Assembly (NCBI GenBank): GCA_000934665.2
Contig: KZ538941.1
Span: 1-39,355 of the forward strand
Direction: 5' to 3'
DNA length: 39,355 nucleotides
DNA from: Catajapyx aquilonaris
Taxonomy: Eukaryota
Under the pieces are notes generated by a model that saw nothing but the letters and a program-made list of their open reading frames with translations, had not been told where the DNA came from and ran no database searches. The position numbers and the translations under genes are program-made. Below, piece after piece: positions 1 to 11,560 of the stretch. Positions within the stretch are counted from its first letter, which is position 1, and each line of letters starts with the position of its first letter.

Positions 1-25
1 CCCCCCCCCCCTAGATCCGGCCCTG
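1..25. mobile_element. Terminal inverted repeat of a probable hAT-type MITE running off the window start
   Basis: Poly-C followed by CTAGATCCGGCCCTG, i.e. the reverse complement of CAGGGCCGGATCTAGGGGG, a CAG-starting TIR with a G-tract like the MITE at 38343-38572. The other end is outside the window. Confidence 0.4.
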
Positions 26-1429
26 ACGTCAGGTTAACCCTTGTATGGTGATGTGGGCACTTTTTTTGACCAACAACACTTTTTTTTGCTATAAATGGGA
101 AAATTGAGGATATTTTAGATTCATCTTTTTGAACATTTTCTTTCGACTACTTCTGTGATGAATGACGTTTAGTTTAAATTTTTCGAGCAAATAGCACGAC
201 CAGGAAAAAATAAATTAGGCAGCAATGAGTAGTTGGGGCCCGACCAAGATCTGGTCTGGCCGCTCCCTGTGGCATCCCAGGCCACCAAGGGGTGGAATCC
301 CCCTACCCGTGAGAGTTGGGCCCAACTGATTTTTTTTCCGACGGGCCCCGACTTCTCTTTTAATTTTTCTTTGGTACGTTTTGCATAATAACTAGCGATT
401 TGCGGCTATTCATGCGTCAGCGAAATAAATGCGGACTTTGGATTTCCCAGAATGGATTTATTTCATAGCACTCCAACACTTCATATTATCCCCTCTCCCA
501 ATCCTTACTCCGCTCCCACCCGCTCGGACCTTGCACCTCCCGCACACTAGTCAGTCTGCAGATTCATAGTACAGCACTGTCTTCTTGGCAGTCAATACAC
601 GTGATTTGTTTCCACACCACTTTGACCGGCAGTGTTGGCTTGTTCGTTCAAACTTTCCACCCCATTTTCCACCTCGTTGTCTCCTGTGCCACCTTCTTCA
701 GCACCTCCGCCACCCTCTTCATCACCTTCATCTTCTGACTGCGACTCTTCTCTAGCTCTGTTGTTGCACACCTTCGTCATCCCAATCGTTGATCAGGAGC
801 CTATAAGAATCTCAGCTTCGTACATGGCTGACCATAACCCGGAAATAAACTGAAGCCTCCTCTCCCTCATTTTGGCCTGATGGGTTGAAAAATTCTAGAC
901 TGCGTTATACAAGTATGATTTACATACTGCACTCAGGAGGGGGGCCTGAGCATTTGCCCTTGTCAATGAATCACTCCCGGTAAGCTGCTTATTGGTGGGG
1001 AAATCTGAAGCTATTTTAAAAGGACACCAGCATTCCGGAGACCTCGAAAAATAGGCAAACAGCCCTTGACTTGATATTATATTGCGGACTCTCGAAAGAA
1101 GCATTTTGGCCAAAACTACGCTTGGATGCATAAATTATTTTTTTCTGATCGCACTATTTGCTCAAAAAATGTATACTAAACGTTATTGATCGTAGAAGGA
1201 ATCACATTATGATTGTCTCAAAGGTGAAGCCCAAATGTGCTATATTTCGCCAGATATAACAAAAAAATATGGCATATTTCTTTGTATTTCTCTGTGGAAG
1301 TAAATGTTTTTATCTTTCAACTGGAGGTGGTCTGTTCCAAAGAAAAAATTTAAAAATCTTGTGCAACACTGATAATGCACAATTGACATCATGATAAAAA
1401 TTACCAACTCATTCCTTAAGTGGGGTTCA

Positions 1430-1625
1430 GTCGTGGCATGTAACTCTTGTGCATTGGAGTACTTTAGTGGGGGCTTAACGTCAGCCTATTTCTGCCGCTA
1501 GGCTCAACACCGACGCCAGGGGGTGGTCCTCCTCCTGGAAATTTGGCCACTCTGGAGATCTTTTAACATGCACTCGCGCAATGTCACAAGCACACGGGAC
1601 CGACGGCTTTACTTCCCCTCCAAAG
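1430..1625 (-). mobile_element. 5'-truncated SINE body fragment
   Basis: Minus strand reads GGAGGGGAAGTAAAGCCGTCGGTCCCGTGT...GCATGTTAAAAGATC, a motif I recall from tRNA-SINEs of hemimetabolous insects. The tRNA head is missing and the boundaries are approximate. Confidence 0.5.
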
Positions 1626-2274
1626 CAAATTAGAATTGACAAGAATTTTAATAGCATTTTAATTTCATTTAATTGTAAAGATCAATCATGTGGTTTGGAT
1701 ACTAAGTATCATTCATGCTACAGAGTGTCAATGTGCTCAGATTTCTTGGCTTATGTAAGTGCTAGTGTTTCATTTAAAAAATATATAACTTCCTATAGAT
1801 ATAAGTGTTTCACAGATCTTCAAAGTGTTATTTCTCAGTAGCCATGTCAAAGGAAAATCATCTAATCCGAGATATCTTAGAAATGGTGGTTCTAATCACT
1901 TTATAGTATATATGCCAAAATGTTAAAAGAAATTTCACTTCAATTTGCTTAAAGGTTGAATTGTGGGTAACTTTTTGTCTTTTCATCTGATAGATGTCTA
2001 GTGTATAATTTATGTTCCTGCAATTGCTCTTTTCCTAGGAAGCATTTTTCAACTGATTATATTCAGAGACAAAAGTACTTCCGTTTGCCTTTGAGTTTTT
2101 CTTTTACTGAAGTGATGTGATTATATTTCAACGCTCTTGACAATTTGTTACAATAAGAAGAATGTGAAACTCAGCAACTTTAAATTAATCTAAACATTGT
2201 TGGTGTAAGGTCACAATAAAAAAAAGGCTTTACATACTTGCGTACATCATTGTGCATGACTGTCGACGTTTCCA

Positions 2275-3779
2275 TTATGGCAGATTAGAGAGGAATCTGG
2301 TGTCCAGTATAGCATCCCTGAGGCAATAGTGGATGTATGCACACTGGGTCAAGTTGGACATCATGTAATTCCTACATTCCCTGAGTGCAAGGACAGTTTG
2401 GAAAATGTCTATTCTGTTCCCAAGCCATGCTTGCTGCAGGAGTATGTCCAGAGCAATATCATCAGAGTGCCGGTACGACCTCTACCAGCCCTATATATGA
2501 AGAAGTAATTAGGGAAGAGGTGATTGCATCAGATTTATAATCCTTAACACAATCCAGACTGAGATGATGAAGGCCCCTCACCTATTCAGTGGACTAGCGT
2601 GGGGACACCTGGATCTTTATGCATCCTGGCAAGCCTGACGAAATCCGACAGCGACTTAGTTGTTTCTGGGCCTCCATAGTCATTCCAAATGAGAAATTGC
2701 AGGTGTGTCACAAGTCTAGTTGCACCTTCCTTGGAAACCTGATAGATGAGAGGCTATGTTTAGACATGATCCACTTGGATGCACTTATATTATCTGTGCT
2801 GGTTTCTAATAATATCTGTCATTTTAACGTTACCTGTTATATGGTTGTTTATAACTGACATTAGAATATATTCTAAAAAAGAAAAATGTTGCTGCTTTAA
2901 CCTGCACACCTTCAGGGACTATTCCACAAAAACACCTAATTTGACCACACTTGTCAACTCCACCCCAATGCCCCCATAGGATCTAGCCTTAATCCCAAGC
3001 CAATATTTGTATCACTTATTCTGAAAATGATTAAATATGTATGCGTTATTAAGAGGCTGGTGCTCCTGGTCCACATTGTGTACCTTTCCCTCTTCCTGGC
3101 ACCTGGTCAGCATCAGGATCAACTTGACATTTTCCTGCCAAACCATCTGCCAGAAGTCATTACACATTTCTGCTGTGGGTCCTTGTGCTGCTATGTATTC
3201 CTTGTTGGAACTCTATCCCTGAGAAGGACGTGTGTCAGTGGAAATGAATACTAAGCAGCACGTATCACTTAGGGTAGTGAAGGCTACTGAATTTCAAAAT
3301 AATAGTTCTAGCAGCAGCTTATGATCTGGTTTCTTCTTGTTATACTCTAATGTACAGTACGTACTGAGCTAATCCTAACTGTGGGCAACCTGCAATGCAG
3401 TAGTGGTCTGGTGGAGTTTGACTCCTAGGATGGAGCCCTGCTGCTGCACTGCAATCTGCAATAAATCATACTCCCATACTCATGGTCCTACTTCTGTAGG
3501 CGTAAATGATGTGGTGAAACCTGTCCACAATGGACCTTATGTACAGAGGATTTTGGAAGATTTGCTCATGGCAAGGACTATATGAATGCATGAATTTGTC
3601 TCATGTAACTGAATCATGTTCAGAGGACGGAAAAATTCTAAGGAATGGACTGCTTCCGTTACACACGTTTCGCTGTAATAAGAAACGTAAATCCATAATC
3701 CATCGGATATAAGAAGCATTGATGTAATCGGAAAACGAGTCTCCAGGAAGTTTCTCCAGTTTAACCCAGGCGTGGTCGT
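2275..3779 (-). pseudogene. Unprocessed (intron-containing) classical protein tyrosine phosphatase pseudogene, single catalytic domain
   Basis: Four exon remnants in correct PTP motif order. ~3779-3703: DHAWVKLEKLPGDSFSDYINASYIR. 3218-3084 (135 nt, AG/GT): G*SSNKEYIAAQGPTAEMCNDFWQMVWQENVKLILMLTRCQEEGK. 2738-2582: ..RLVTHLQFLIWNDYGGPE..PTLVH*. 2490-2275: AGRGRTGTL/IALDILLQQ..IDIFQTVLALRECRNYMMSNLTQCAYIHYCLRDAI..*. Lesions: TAG at 3215-3213, an AA insertion in the catalytic Cys codon giving TGA (2588-2586), and a frameshifting insertion near 2458-2462. Confidence 0.9.
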
Positions 3780-3900
3780 TTTGAAAAGAGATAGTGAATC
3801 ACATCACGCAACTGTTTACATCACTATGATTGACACCCCCACCTCCTTGGGTAAGCAGGATGGACACAACTTTGACATTTACCTACTAACGGGCCACACT

Positions 3901-4257
3901 TTGGGGAGGCGGAGTGGTGCTGCGGTAACGTATGCGCCCACGGATGTTAAGGTCCCGGGTTCAATCCCAGCCCGGGGACACCCCCTTCATCTTGTGCAGA
4001 GTTGGGTCGTCTCTGGCTTCGTCTCGGGTGGCATTTCTGAAAGACTAAGCCACCCGGGAGTGTTCACAAAATGTACCACATGAGACATTGCACTTGCACT
4101 TTGCACATCCCCTCCTGTCATCCTGCCCGTGGGCCCGGGCGTTTCAATTAGTAGGTTCCAATGTATAATAGTACAATAAAGCATAAAGGTGCCGTGTGAT
4201 ATACCCCCACCGGGGGTGAAAGCACTTACCCAGGATTATTATTATTATTATTATTAT

Positions 4258-4298
<41 letters not shown>
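3901..4298 (+). mobile_element. Full-length tRNA-derived SINE (family A) with (ATT)n(ACT)n tail and 18-bp TSD
   Basis: A-box-like TGGTGCTGCGG and B-box GGTTCAATCCC, microsatellite tail at ~4235-4298, and identical flanks CTACTAACGGGCCACACT at 3883-3900 and 4299-4316. Confidence 0.9.
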
Positions 4299-4304
<6 letters not shown>

Positions 4305-4446
4305 ACGGGCCACACTGAGACAATGGACCTAATGGCATTTTCACTATCAGAGAACACAGATGATGTTTTGCTCATGTCCTCCATACTACTCTAGGCCTCC
4401 CTGGTTAATTTCCATTTTGTCAATCACAACCCTAAATTTAAAAAAT

Positions 4447-4556
4447 AGGGAGATGGAGTGGCGCTCCGGTAACGTATGCGCCCACGGATGTTAAGGTCCT
4501 GGGTTCGATCCCAGCCCGGGGTTCCCCCCTTCATCTCATGCAGAGTTGGGTCCTCT
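4447..4556 (+). mobile_element. 3'-truncated copy of SINE family A
   Basis: Near-identical to 3903-4010 (GGTAACGTATGCGCCCACGGATGTTAAGGTCCTGGGTTCGATCCCAGCCCGGGG). It ends at the TA run that precedes the TIR element at 4566. Confidence 0.85.
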
Positions 4557-4565
4557 ATATATATC

Positions 4566-5781
4566 TGTCGTGCGAAAGTACTGGCGGCGCCAGTAAATTA
4601 TAATTGTTAATTAATAGGGGAGGCGGAGTGGTGCTGCGGTAACGTATGCGCCCACGGATGTTAAGGTCCTGGGTTCGATCCCAACCCGGGGACACCCCCT
4701 TTATCTCGTGCAGAGTTCAGGGTCACCTCTGGCTTCGTCTCGGGTGGTATTTCCAACAGACTAAACCACCCGGGGGAGTTCACTAAAAATGGCCACGTTT
4801 AAGACATTGCACTGCACCTTGCACATCCCCTCCTGTCATCCTGCCCGTGGGCCCGGGCGCTACGTGTAAAGGCTCAAATGTACTTGACATAATAAATAAA
4901 GGTCCGTGCTGCATACCTCAGATGAGGTCAAGCACTACCCCAGATTATTATTATATTATTATTAATTGTTAATTAATAAATAATAATATAATGTAAATTA
5001 ATTAGGACATTACAACAAAACGACCGCTTCAATCACTCATTGCTTTACAGAACTGTGTCACCAACACCCAGCTGTTCCCTTAACGACAAAGGTCGTGATC
5101 CCCTCTTCAACAGAGACTATTTCTTCCACTACAGTGACGACCAAGGGGGAGTGTTATCTCACTTGCCTGTCGATGGCCACCCTCTCACAGTCTGTAATAC
5201 ATTGTTCCATGCACCGTCCTCTTTGCATGAGACTACCTTCTCACCCCTCACCTGGCCTGAGACGCAGGACCTCGGTTGGTTGAACCTAGATTTGGAATTG
5301 GCCCACTTCAAAGGTGCATGTGTAAATAATCACAATTTCCCACTTAAATTCCGGAATGTTATAGAATCACAATACATCATCATATCATGACGACAACTGA
5401 AGTGATTGTTTGAGTGTGGATGACCTATGCTCATGATGTCCTTGATGACATGCGTAATCGCAAGCAGTTATCTCTGCAACTGTTAGTGACATGAAGCAAG
5501 TTTTTCAGTTAATTTCACCTGCAGGATGACTGTGGTCCCATCTCTAATTTCACTCCTTGAACCCCACCACGCCACGGAGCCCTCACCCCCTCTCCCATCT
5601 CCAATTTCCAAATTTGTGTCCTCGACCTAATCGCGGAGTTGCCTGGGATGTTTGAATTTTGCGCGTCCCTGCCCTCCTGCTGTGACGTGGCCAGCGCGGT
5701 GTAGCCAGCTCATCCTGTCTCTCCGGGAGGGAAGATTGTGGCCGGCTGCCAATCGTGCGCCACCAGTACTTTCGCACGACA
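4566..5781. mobile_element. Non-autonomous TIR element with TGT...ACA termini in a (TA)n tract; superfamily uncertain (Ginger-like ends)
   Basis: TIRs TGTCGTGCGAAAGTACTGGCGGCGC (4566-4590) and GCGCCACCAGTACTTTCGCACGACA (5757-5781) match at 24 of 25 positions. TA repeats flank both sides. No transposase ORF recognised. Confidence 0.8.
4617..4962 (+). mobile_element. Full-length SINE family A copy nested in the TIR element, 16-bp TSD
   Basis: Same tRNA head and body as 3901-4298, an ATT tail, and TSD TAATTGTTAATTAATA at 4601-4616 and 4963-4978. Confidence 0.9.
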
Positions 5782-6319
5782 TATATATATATATATATAC
5801 AACCTAGAAATGCAGAAATGTATATACAGTAATTATATAAAAAATCAAATCAACAAGCAAAATTCAATTCCACCTAATAGATTTCACAAATAATAAAAAG
5901 GCAATGACTTAAAAAAAAAAAACTTGAAATGTCAAGTGAAATGTTCATCTTTGGAAATGTATTACTATGTAATAAATGTTCAATTAAGGTGTCAATGAAG
6001 AGCAACCAAGCTCCCCGCCAAATACAGCATATATACATTTATCACCTTGCATTCACTTACACTGTGATGTAATCAAGGGAAAAGTGTGTGTAGGATTTCA
6101 CCCGCCAAAGAGGGTTCGCTGCTCTTAGGGTACCGTACCACTCGAAATTATGCACATCCAAATGAAAATCCCAAGAAATCAGCCGCCGAGAACTTAATGA
6201 AGTTAAGGACTTGAACTAAAAGAAATAGTTTGGTTGATGGTCAGTCCTGCAGGGTCTATTTTGTTGTGTAAGTGCAAATTTATTAACATGGAAAAATACA
6301 TCTGTGTCATTATTGCTAT

Positions 6320-6381
6320 AGGCACCTCTCCCCTGTAAAGGGCTCCGCCCACGCAGGAATAAAATACTTGACTTGACTTGA
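6320..6381 (+). mobile_element. Probable 3' end of a non-LTR retrotransposon
   Basis: Short GC-rich segment followed by AATAAA and a tandem (ACTTG)3 tail, typical of L2/CR1-group 3' ends. The 5' boundary is not determined. Confidence 0.4.
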
Positions 6382-6421
6382 ACTAATAGGCCCAAAAAAT
6401 TACAAAATGTTTTTCATAATA

Positions 6422-7195
6422 CAGTGGTGCCTCGTACTTCTAATTCAAGTTGTTCCAGGAGGTCATTCTAATTCCGAATGGTTGGAAGTCCAAATCAATT
6501 TTTACCATAAGAAACAATGGAAAGGGAATTAATCAGATCCCAGACCCTACAAAATACGCATTTCGATAAACTTAACAGCAAATGCCCATAATTTACGGTA
6601 ACATAACAATTAAATGCTCTAAATCTTAAATCAAAATATTGTATTCTCTCTCCCCCATTTCTGCGAGTACCTGACCAGGCTACATAATATTTTTTTTAAT
6701 GGTCATGTGAGGGTAACGAGGACCTCCTCCTCATTATCCGCTGGCACCCTGGGAAAAGCAATGACGTATGATGATGAAAATATGAAAACAATTCATAAAT
6801 ACTGTCTAATAATAAGAGAATTGCAATTACTGTACAAGTGAAGAGTGGTGGTGGCTGGTGGAGAGGAAGAGAAAGGTTCCTGTTTATATAATTATATAGT
6901 ATAACCAAACTCACCAAACATTAAGCCATAAAAGCACTGAAAACACCCTAGCGCAACTCAAGAGATGCTTTCACAGTGAGAGCGAGAGACGACTTGGACG
7001 CACAGCAAATGGCATTGACGCAGCGAGCGCATTTTTTCACTGCAGGAGCATTTCAAATTTCGAACTTAGAAGCATCGTTCGAAGCATCTTTCGAACTCCA
7101 GATCGAATTTATCTCGAATTTTTCCGTCCAACTCTGGAACATTCGAAGTTAGGGGCATTCGAAGTTAGGGGCGTTCGAAGGACGAGGTTCCACTG
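6422..7195. mobile_element. pogo/Tigger-type (Tc1/mariner superfamily) MITE
   Basis: TA-CAGTGGTGCCTCGTACTTCTAA ... TTCGAAGGACGAGGTTCCACTG-TA, with TA TSD at 6420-6421 and 7196-7197 and many subterminal TTCGAA motifs. Confidence 0.85.
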
Positions 7196-7290
7196 TATAA
7201 CTTATTAATTTTAAAAAATTAAAATCTTCTATCATTGCAAAGACAAAAATATGTCTAAAAATAAAGAGTTTGTGGGGTAGCTTTGTTATA

Positions 7291-7400
7291 CAGGGTATTT
7301 CACTGGGTAGTCCCCCTCAAATACCCAGCTGTATATTTCTTCCCACTCAACCTAGAAACATGAGGTTTGGTTTCAAATGTACCCTAGTTCATTGGAATGT
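7291..7400 (+). mobile_element. Isolated left end of the mariner-type family seen at 10604-11240
   Basis: TA-CAGGGTATTTCACTGGGTAGTCCCC resembles the TIR at 10604. A lone right end of the same family lies at 30331-30357. Confidence 0.55.
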
Positions 7401-10400
7401 AGCACCATTCGCAATAAATGCTTAATTTACCTTCAGTGACTTCTATACACACTCGAACGCGAAAATCCCTTTATTAGTGTAGGTCCTCCCCAGCCTATCG
7501 ACATTAATAGTCCAGATTGCTGCACTGACTTGTGAGTGTTTTGGACCAATAGTGACATTATGACCTACTTTAGAGGAAGAAAAAAAGTGAAAAAGTGAAG
7601 CACAGGCTGCTGGAAGTTAGGTTTTGGAGAGTACCCAAGTTCAGGGGAAGCTTTGGGTTACTCAGATGCCAAATGTCAATAGCTATTGCCTGAAAATTCA
7701 GTAAAGTCCAGAGTAATATGTAGCATAACAGCAGCAGCTGAGGTATACACATCATTGCACAATAATTATTTTATTCATATCCTTTATACATGGTGAAGTT
7801 ACAGCAGCACAAAAAAGGTGACAACAGGGGGAGAGGTACGGCATAAGAAAAAAAAATTCAGAGTGACATTTTGTGCACCCCACTTTAACAAGAATGGGGA
7901 AGTCGACAATAGTATAACTTTTAAGAACTTCTTGCGCACCTGAATGTAACATAGCCAGGGTCATGGCTTCAATCTCATGTCACTCACAATCAGATTAAAG
8001 TGTGCCAAGTTATTTGATACAATTTTCTACAAAAGTATTCTGACCATTCCAAACATGGGATGTATGTCACAAAAACTACCAATGCAAGAACTTGGGATGT
8101 GCGCACTGATAAGCGCATACATAAGCCACATGTATGTGACAAGTCTGTCAGGTGATTCACCAGAGTACCAGTGTTCATTTACTTTTGTACCTGCAGTAGA
8201 ATGTTATTTGATAATACAGTACAAATTCACTTCATTGCAGCTATAAAAGTATTACATGTAATGTTTTGTCAATTACGTTTCCACTCCCCCGACAGGTACA
8301 ATGAGCCCAAAGGCCACACACACTCATACGCGCGCACACACACTCATAAAAACTACTCTATACGTCTCATGCCACCTCTATTCAGGTCATAATTCCTCAC
8401 ATTTTTTTGTTACACATTTCTTTAAAAAATTTATTCTACTACTCCACTCTAATGGGTCGCCTATTACTACATCTACGGTAAACTAAGGCTTTGGTAAAAT
8501 AAAACACTAAAGACAGCTTCACAAAGACACAAGCAGCGGGCTCCAACTCTGTGAAAACGTGCTACTAAGTCAAGTCCAGCTGAAAAGGTGTCTAGCAACT
8601 GGTACCAGTAAAGCAGCAAACAATGCAACATGTTTTCTTTCTCCCGTCCCGTGAGCCTGCTGCATGCCTCGTTGTGAAACAATCTTTCCTGCCTCTCAAT
8701 AACCAACAATTAAATACTGCTAGTTACATGATTTGACAAACAGAGGTGAGTGGTCATCATAATAAATACCAGCTGTCCTCTCAAATGAGAGTCCACAAAC
8801 AAAGAGATCAGTCACTTCCACTTTAGAAGCAATGCATTATTACCCCTGCTAAGCCTCCTGCCCAATCGGTTCATATCTTATTTTTGTTCTTTTTCATGTC
8901 AATCAGAAACAGTTTTGTTGGCACAAGAGTGGGCAGTAAATGCCAAATACAATCAATTATGCCCCACTGGGGTCCAATGTTGAAATCGTATTGTCCAATC
9001 ATTTTGCCTAATCACACTGTGGGGTGCCAACATATCATCTCCACTTTCTCACGCCAGTTTATGACAACATGGACTTGTGGCAGTGATGAGAACCCTGAAG
9101 TATGGGTTGGAAAGATTGAAATAGGAAAGTGGGGATGTGGTCAGGGGAGAGTGGGGAGGAAGGAGACGTCACAATAGTAAACAATACCTGAGTTGCATTC
9201 CTGCTTTCACAAAATTCCCCCTTTGTTCACAACTGAATCAGAAATTCAATTGGCAATACTGTTTTGCCACACATTCCTGTCACACCAATTTGGTCCCCAC
9301 CTCATGGCAACATGTTCATACTGCTAAATGAAACCATACAGTGGTTGCTCTGTCACGACGTCACCTTTAAGCAGTACACCAAGTTACTCACTTTCAGAAG
9401 AAACTTATGATTAGTGGTATTTTTAACACCTGCAATCCCCATGCTGCAGAATGGATGTCTCCCACAACTGACACATTTGGCAGCATACTGCGTATAGAAA
9501 CAGCAAATATTACAAGTGTAATTCACTCTTCTCACACCAAGTACCAAATGGTGCATGCTTTCCTTTTGCTATGGTTGCACCATGTTACACAAGTTACGCA
9601 CCCTTTCAAGGTAAGCTGTATCAACACAAAGACAGGAAATCTCAGAATTTGCATTGTGAAGACATACGCATAATCTGAGATTTCTGCTAATTTGCTTTGA
9701 TACAAATGGCTAAGTCTTTCAAGGTACCATTCCAGATGAAATTAGGCACCGTTATAATGACACATCACGGACAACAGGCAAAACCAATGATAGGAACAAG
9801 TCAAATTTGAATTGAATTTGCAAATTGTACCATATTGGAGAATTGTAAATAATAGGAAAATGTGAATCCATTCAAGAATGGGAAAGAAATTGTTTTATTT
9901 TTTTAATGGGGGGAGGGGCTTTTAGTACCTCCTGCACGTTGCTCAGCTGATTTGCCTTAACAATGCTTAAGGCAATTTATACTCAGATTACTCAGATTGT
10001 TCTACATTTCAGGTCTTCAAATAAGTTGGCCCAGTCTAGCAACTTCCTATGCCATTTAATTAATGATGCATGCATTGTGCAACATTGTTTCTCACAATCT
10101 CGTGTTCACATGATCAAGTGAGATTCAAAAAATCATGGTCAATGCAGTTCTTAAGAAAAGTCAGTAACTTGGTAACACTGCTCTTAACAGGTTTCCATTA
10201 TGTCAAGAGACCTGAGTGGCTACTAGGTGAAAATGTCCAAGCTGTTTTTTACCTTAGAAGCTCAAAAAACCTCATCTCATGATACTAGAGAATTCAATTA
10301 AGCTTACAGCCATCATTTACTAGCCTCATGCTCCCATGGGCCATAATTATGAGGCAATGTAATGTCCAGGAACAATGGTAGCAACTATGCAATAGTGTCA

Positions 10401-10603
10401 TCCATTGTGAACAGAAACTAAGGTAACATTGCCTAGTGCACGTGATCGCCATTCATTTGCTTCTAACCATGTCATAACGTCGCTTTTCAGCACTGGAACC
10501 TCTTCAATTTTCTCAAGATTATCATCACACACACCATGACTTTTCTTACAATTTCCTACACCCCAAGAACGTGATCAGATTGTGCACTTTCAGACCTCTG
10601 ATA

Positions 10604-11240
10604 CAGGGTGCTTCACTAGGTAGCTGACCCAGGTAAATGTCTGTAGTTTTCACAGTAATATACTGAAGCAGGTAGTGTCAAATCATACTTTCAACATTTC
10701 CATTGCCAGGAGGTGTTGTATCATGTGGCTCATTAGTCATCAGAAGTCATTGCCGAGATCATTGCATGAGGCTGGATATTCCTATCCAATGTGTCAAAGG
10801 GCGGCTAAGAAAGGGTGCATTCGTCGGGAACGTGTGATGATTTACACTTGTGGAGATATTTAAAGGGGATTGTGTACAAGACTAAGCCCCACACCTTTGC
10901 TTCATCACCAGTTGCAATGGCAATTTCGATGTTCCTCTCCAGGTCTGCAAGGTGTGGGGCTTAGTCTTGTACACAAACACCTTTAAACATCCCCACAAGT
11001 GTCAATCGTCACATGGCATGGAAGAACACCACCTTTCTTAGCCGCACTTCGACACATTGAATAGGAACATCCAGTCTCTGGCGATAACATGTGCCATGAC
11101 TTCTGATGACATGTGAGCAACATGATGCAAACACCTCCTGGCAATGGAAGTGTTGCAAGTACCATTTGACATGAAATCTGTTCATACGTTACTTGGAAAT
11201 CTGCACACATTTACTTGGGAATACCTAGTGAATCACCCTG
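10604..11240. mobile_element. Fold-back (near-palindromic) mariner-derived element
   Basis: TA-CAGGGTGCTTCACTAGGTA ... TACCTAGTGAATCACCCTG-TA. The arms are inverted copies over ~290 bp, and both carry the transposase C-terminal motif (LWRYLKGIVYKTKPHT on +, LWGCLKVFVYKTKPHT/LADLERNIEIAI on -). Confidence 0.85.
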
Positions 11241-11399
11241 TATATTGCTTAGGTCTAGGGCTATCCAAGTTTCTATGTTTTGCTACTGTATCTGCTTCCT
11301 CAAGGCCTACATCCATGGTCTAATTTACAGGAAGGGCTTGGATGAAGTAGTGCTCAGTCCACCTTTTAGTCCAAGACCTCAGGATTAACACTGAGACAA

Positions 11400-11560
11400 C
11401 TGTGAGGTGGTGCAGTGGTGAGCACCACAACCTTCCACCTCAATGGTCCCAAATTCGATTCCCAGATCAGGCAGTGGAATTTCATAACGTGGAAGGAGTT
11501 TTGTGGGGGTTTTCTATTCCAATCACAATCAATATCCATTAGCACCACAGCAATAGAATA
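11400..11560 (+). mobile_element. Degenerate tRNA-derived SINE
   Basis: A-box-like GGTGGTGCAGTGG and decayed B-box AATTCGATTCCC, followed by a GGGGTTTTCT body motif and an A-rich end. Confidence 0.5.

Noticed and set aside
33..1131. TTAA-CCCTT piggyBac-like end and acidic ORF 592-780
   Set aside because: No matching right end and no transposase motif could be identified, so it cannot be assigned.
2582..2591. TGA exactly at the PTP catalytic Cys position (VH*), suggesting selenocysteine recoding
   Set aside because: The TGA arises from a 2-nt insertion (TG-AA-T) that also shifts the frame relative to the next exon. An independent TAG and another frameshift occur elsewhere, so this is pseudogene decay.
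3903..3980. tRNA genes at the heads of 3903, 4448, 4617, 18446 and 25862
   Set aside because: Each continues into a shared body and tail, three with TSDs, so they are SINE heads rather than tRNA genes.
4144..4344. Poly-Val/Ile ORF resembling a transmembrane helix
   Set aside because: It is a translation of the SINE (ATT)n(ACT)n tail.
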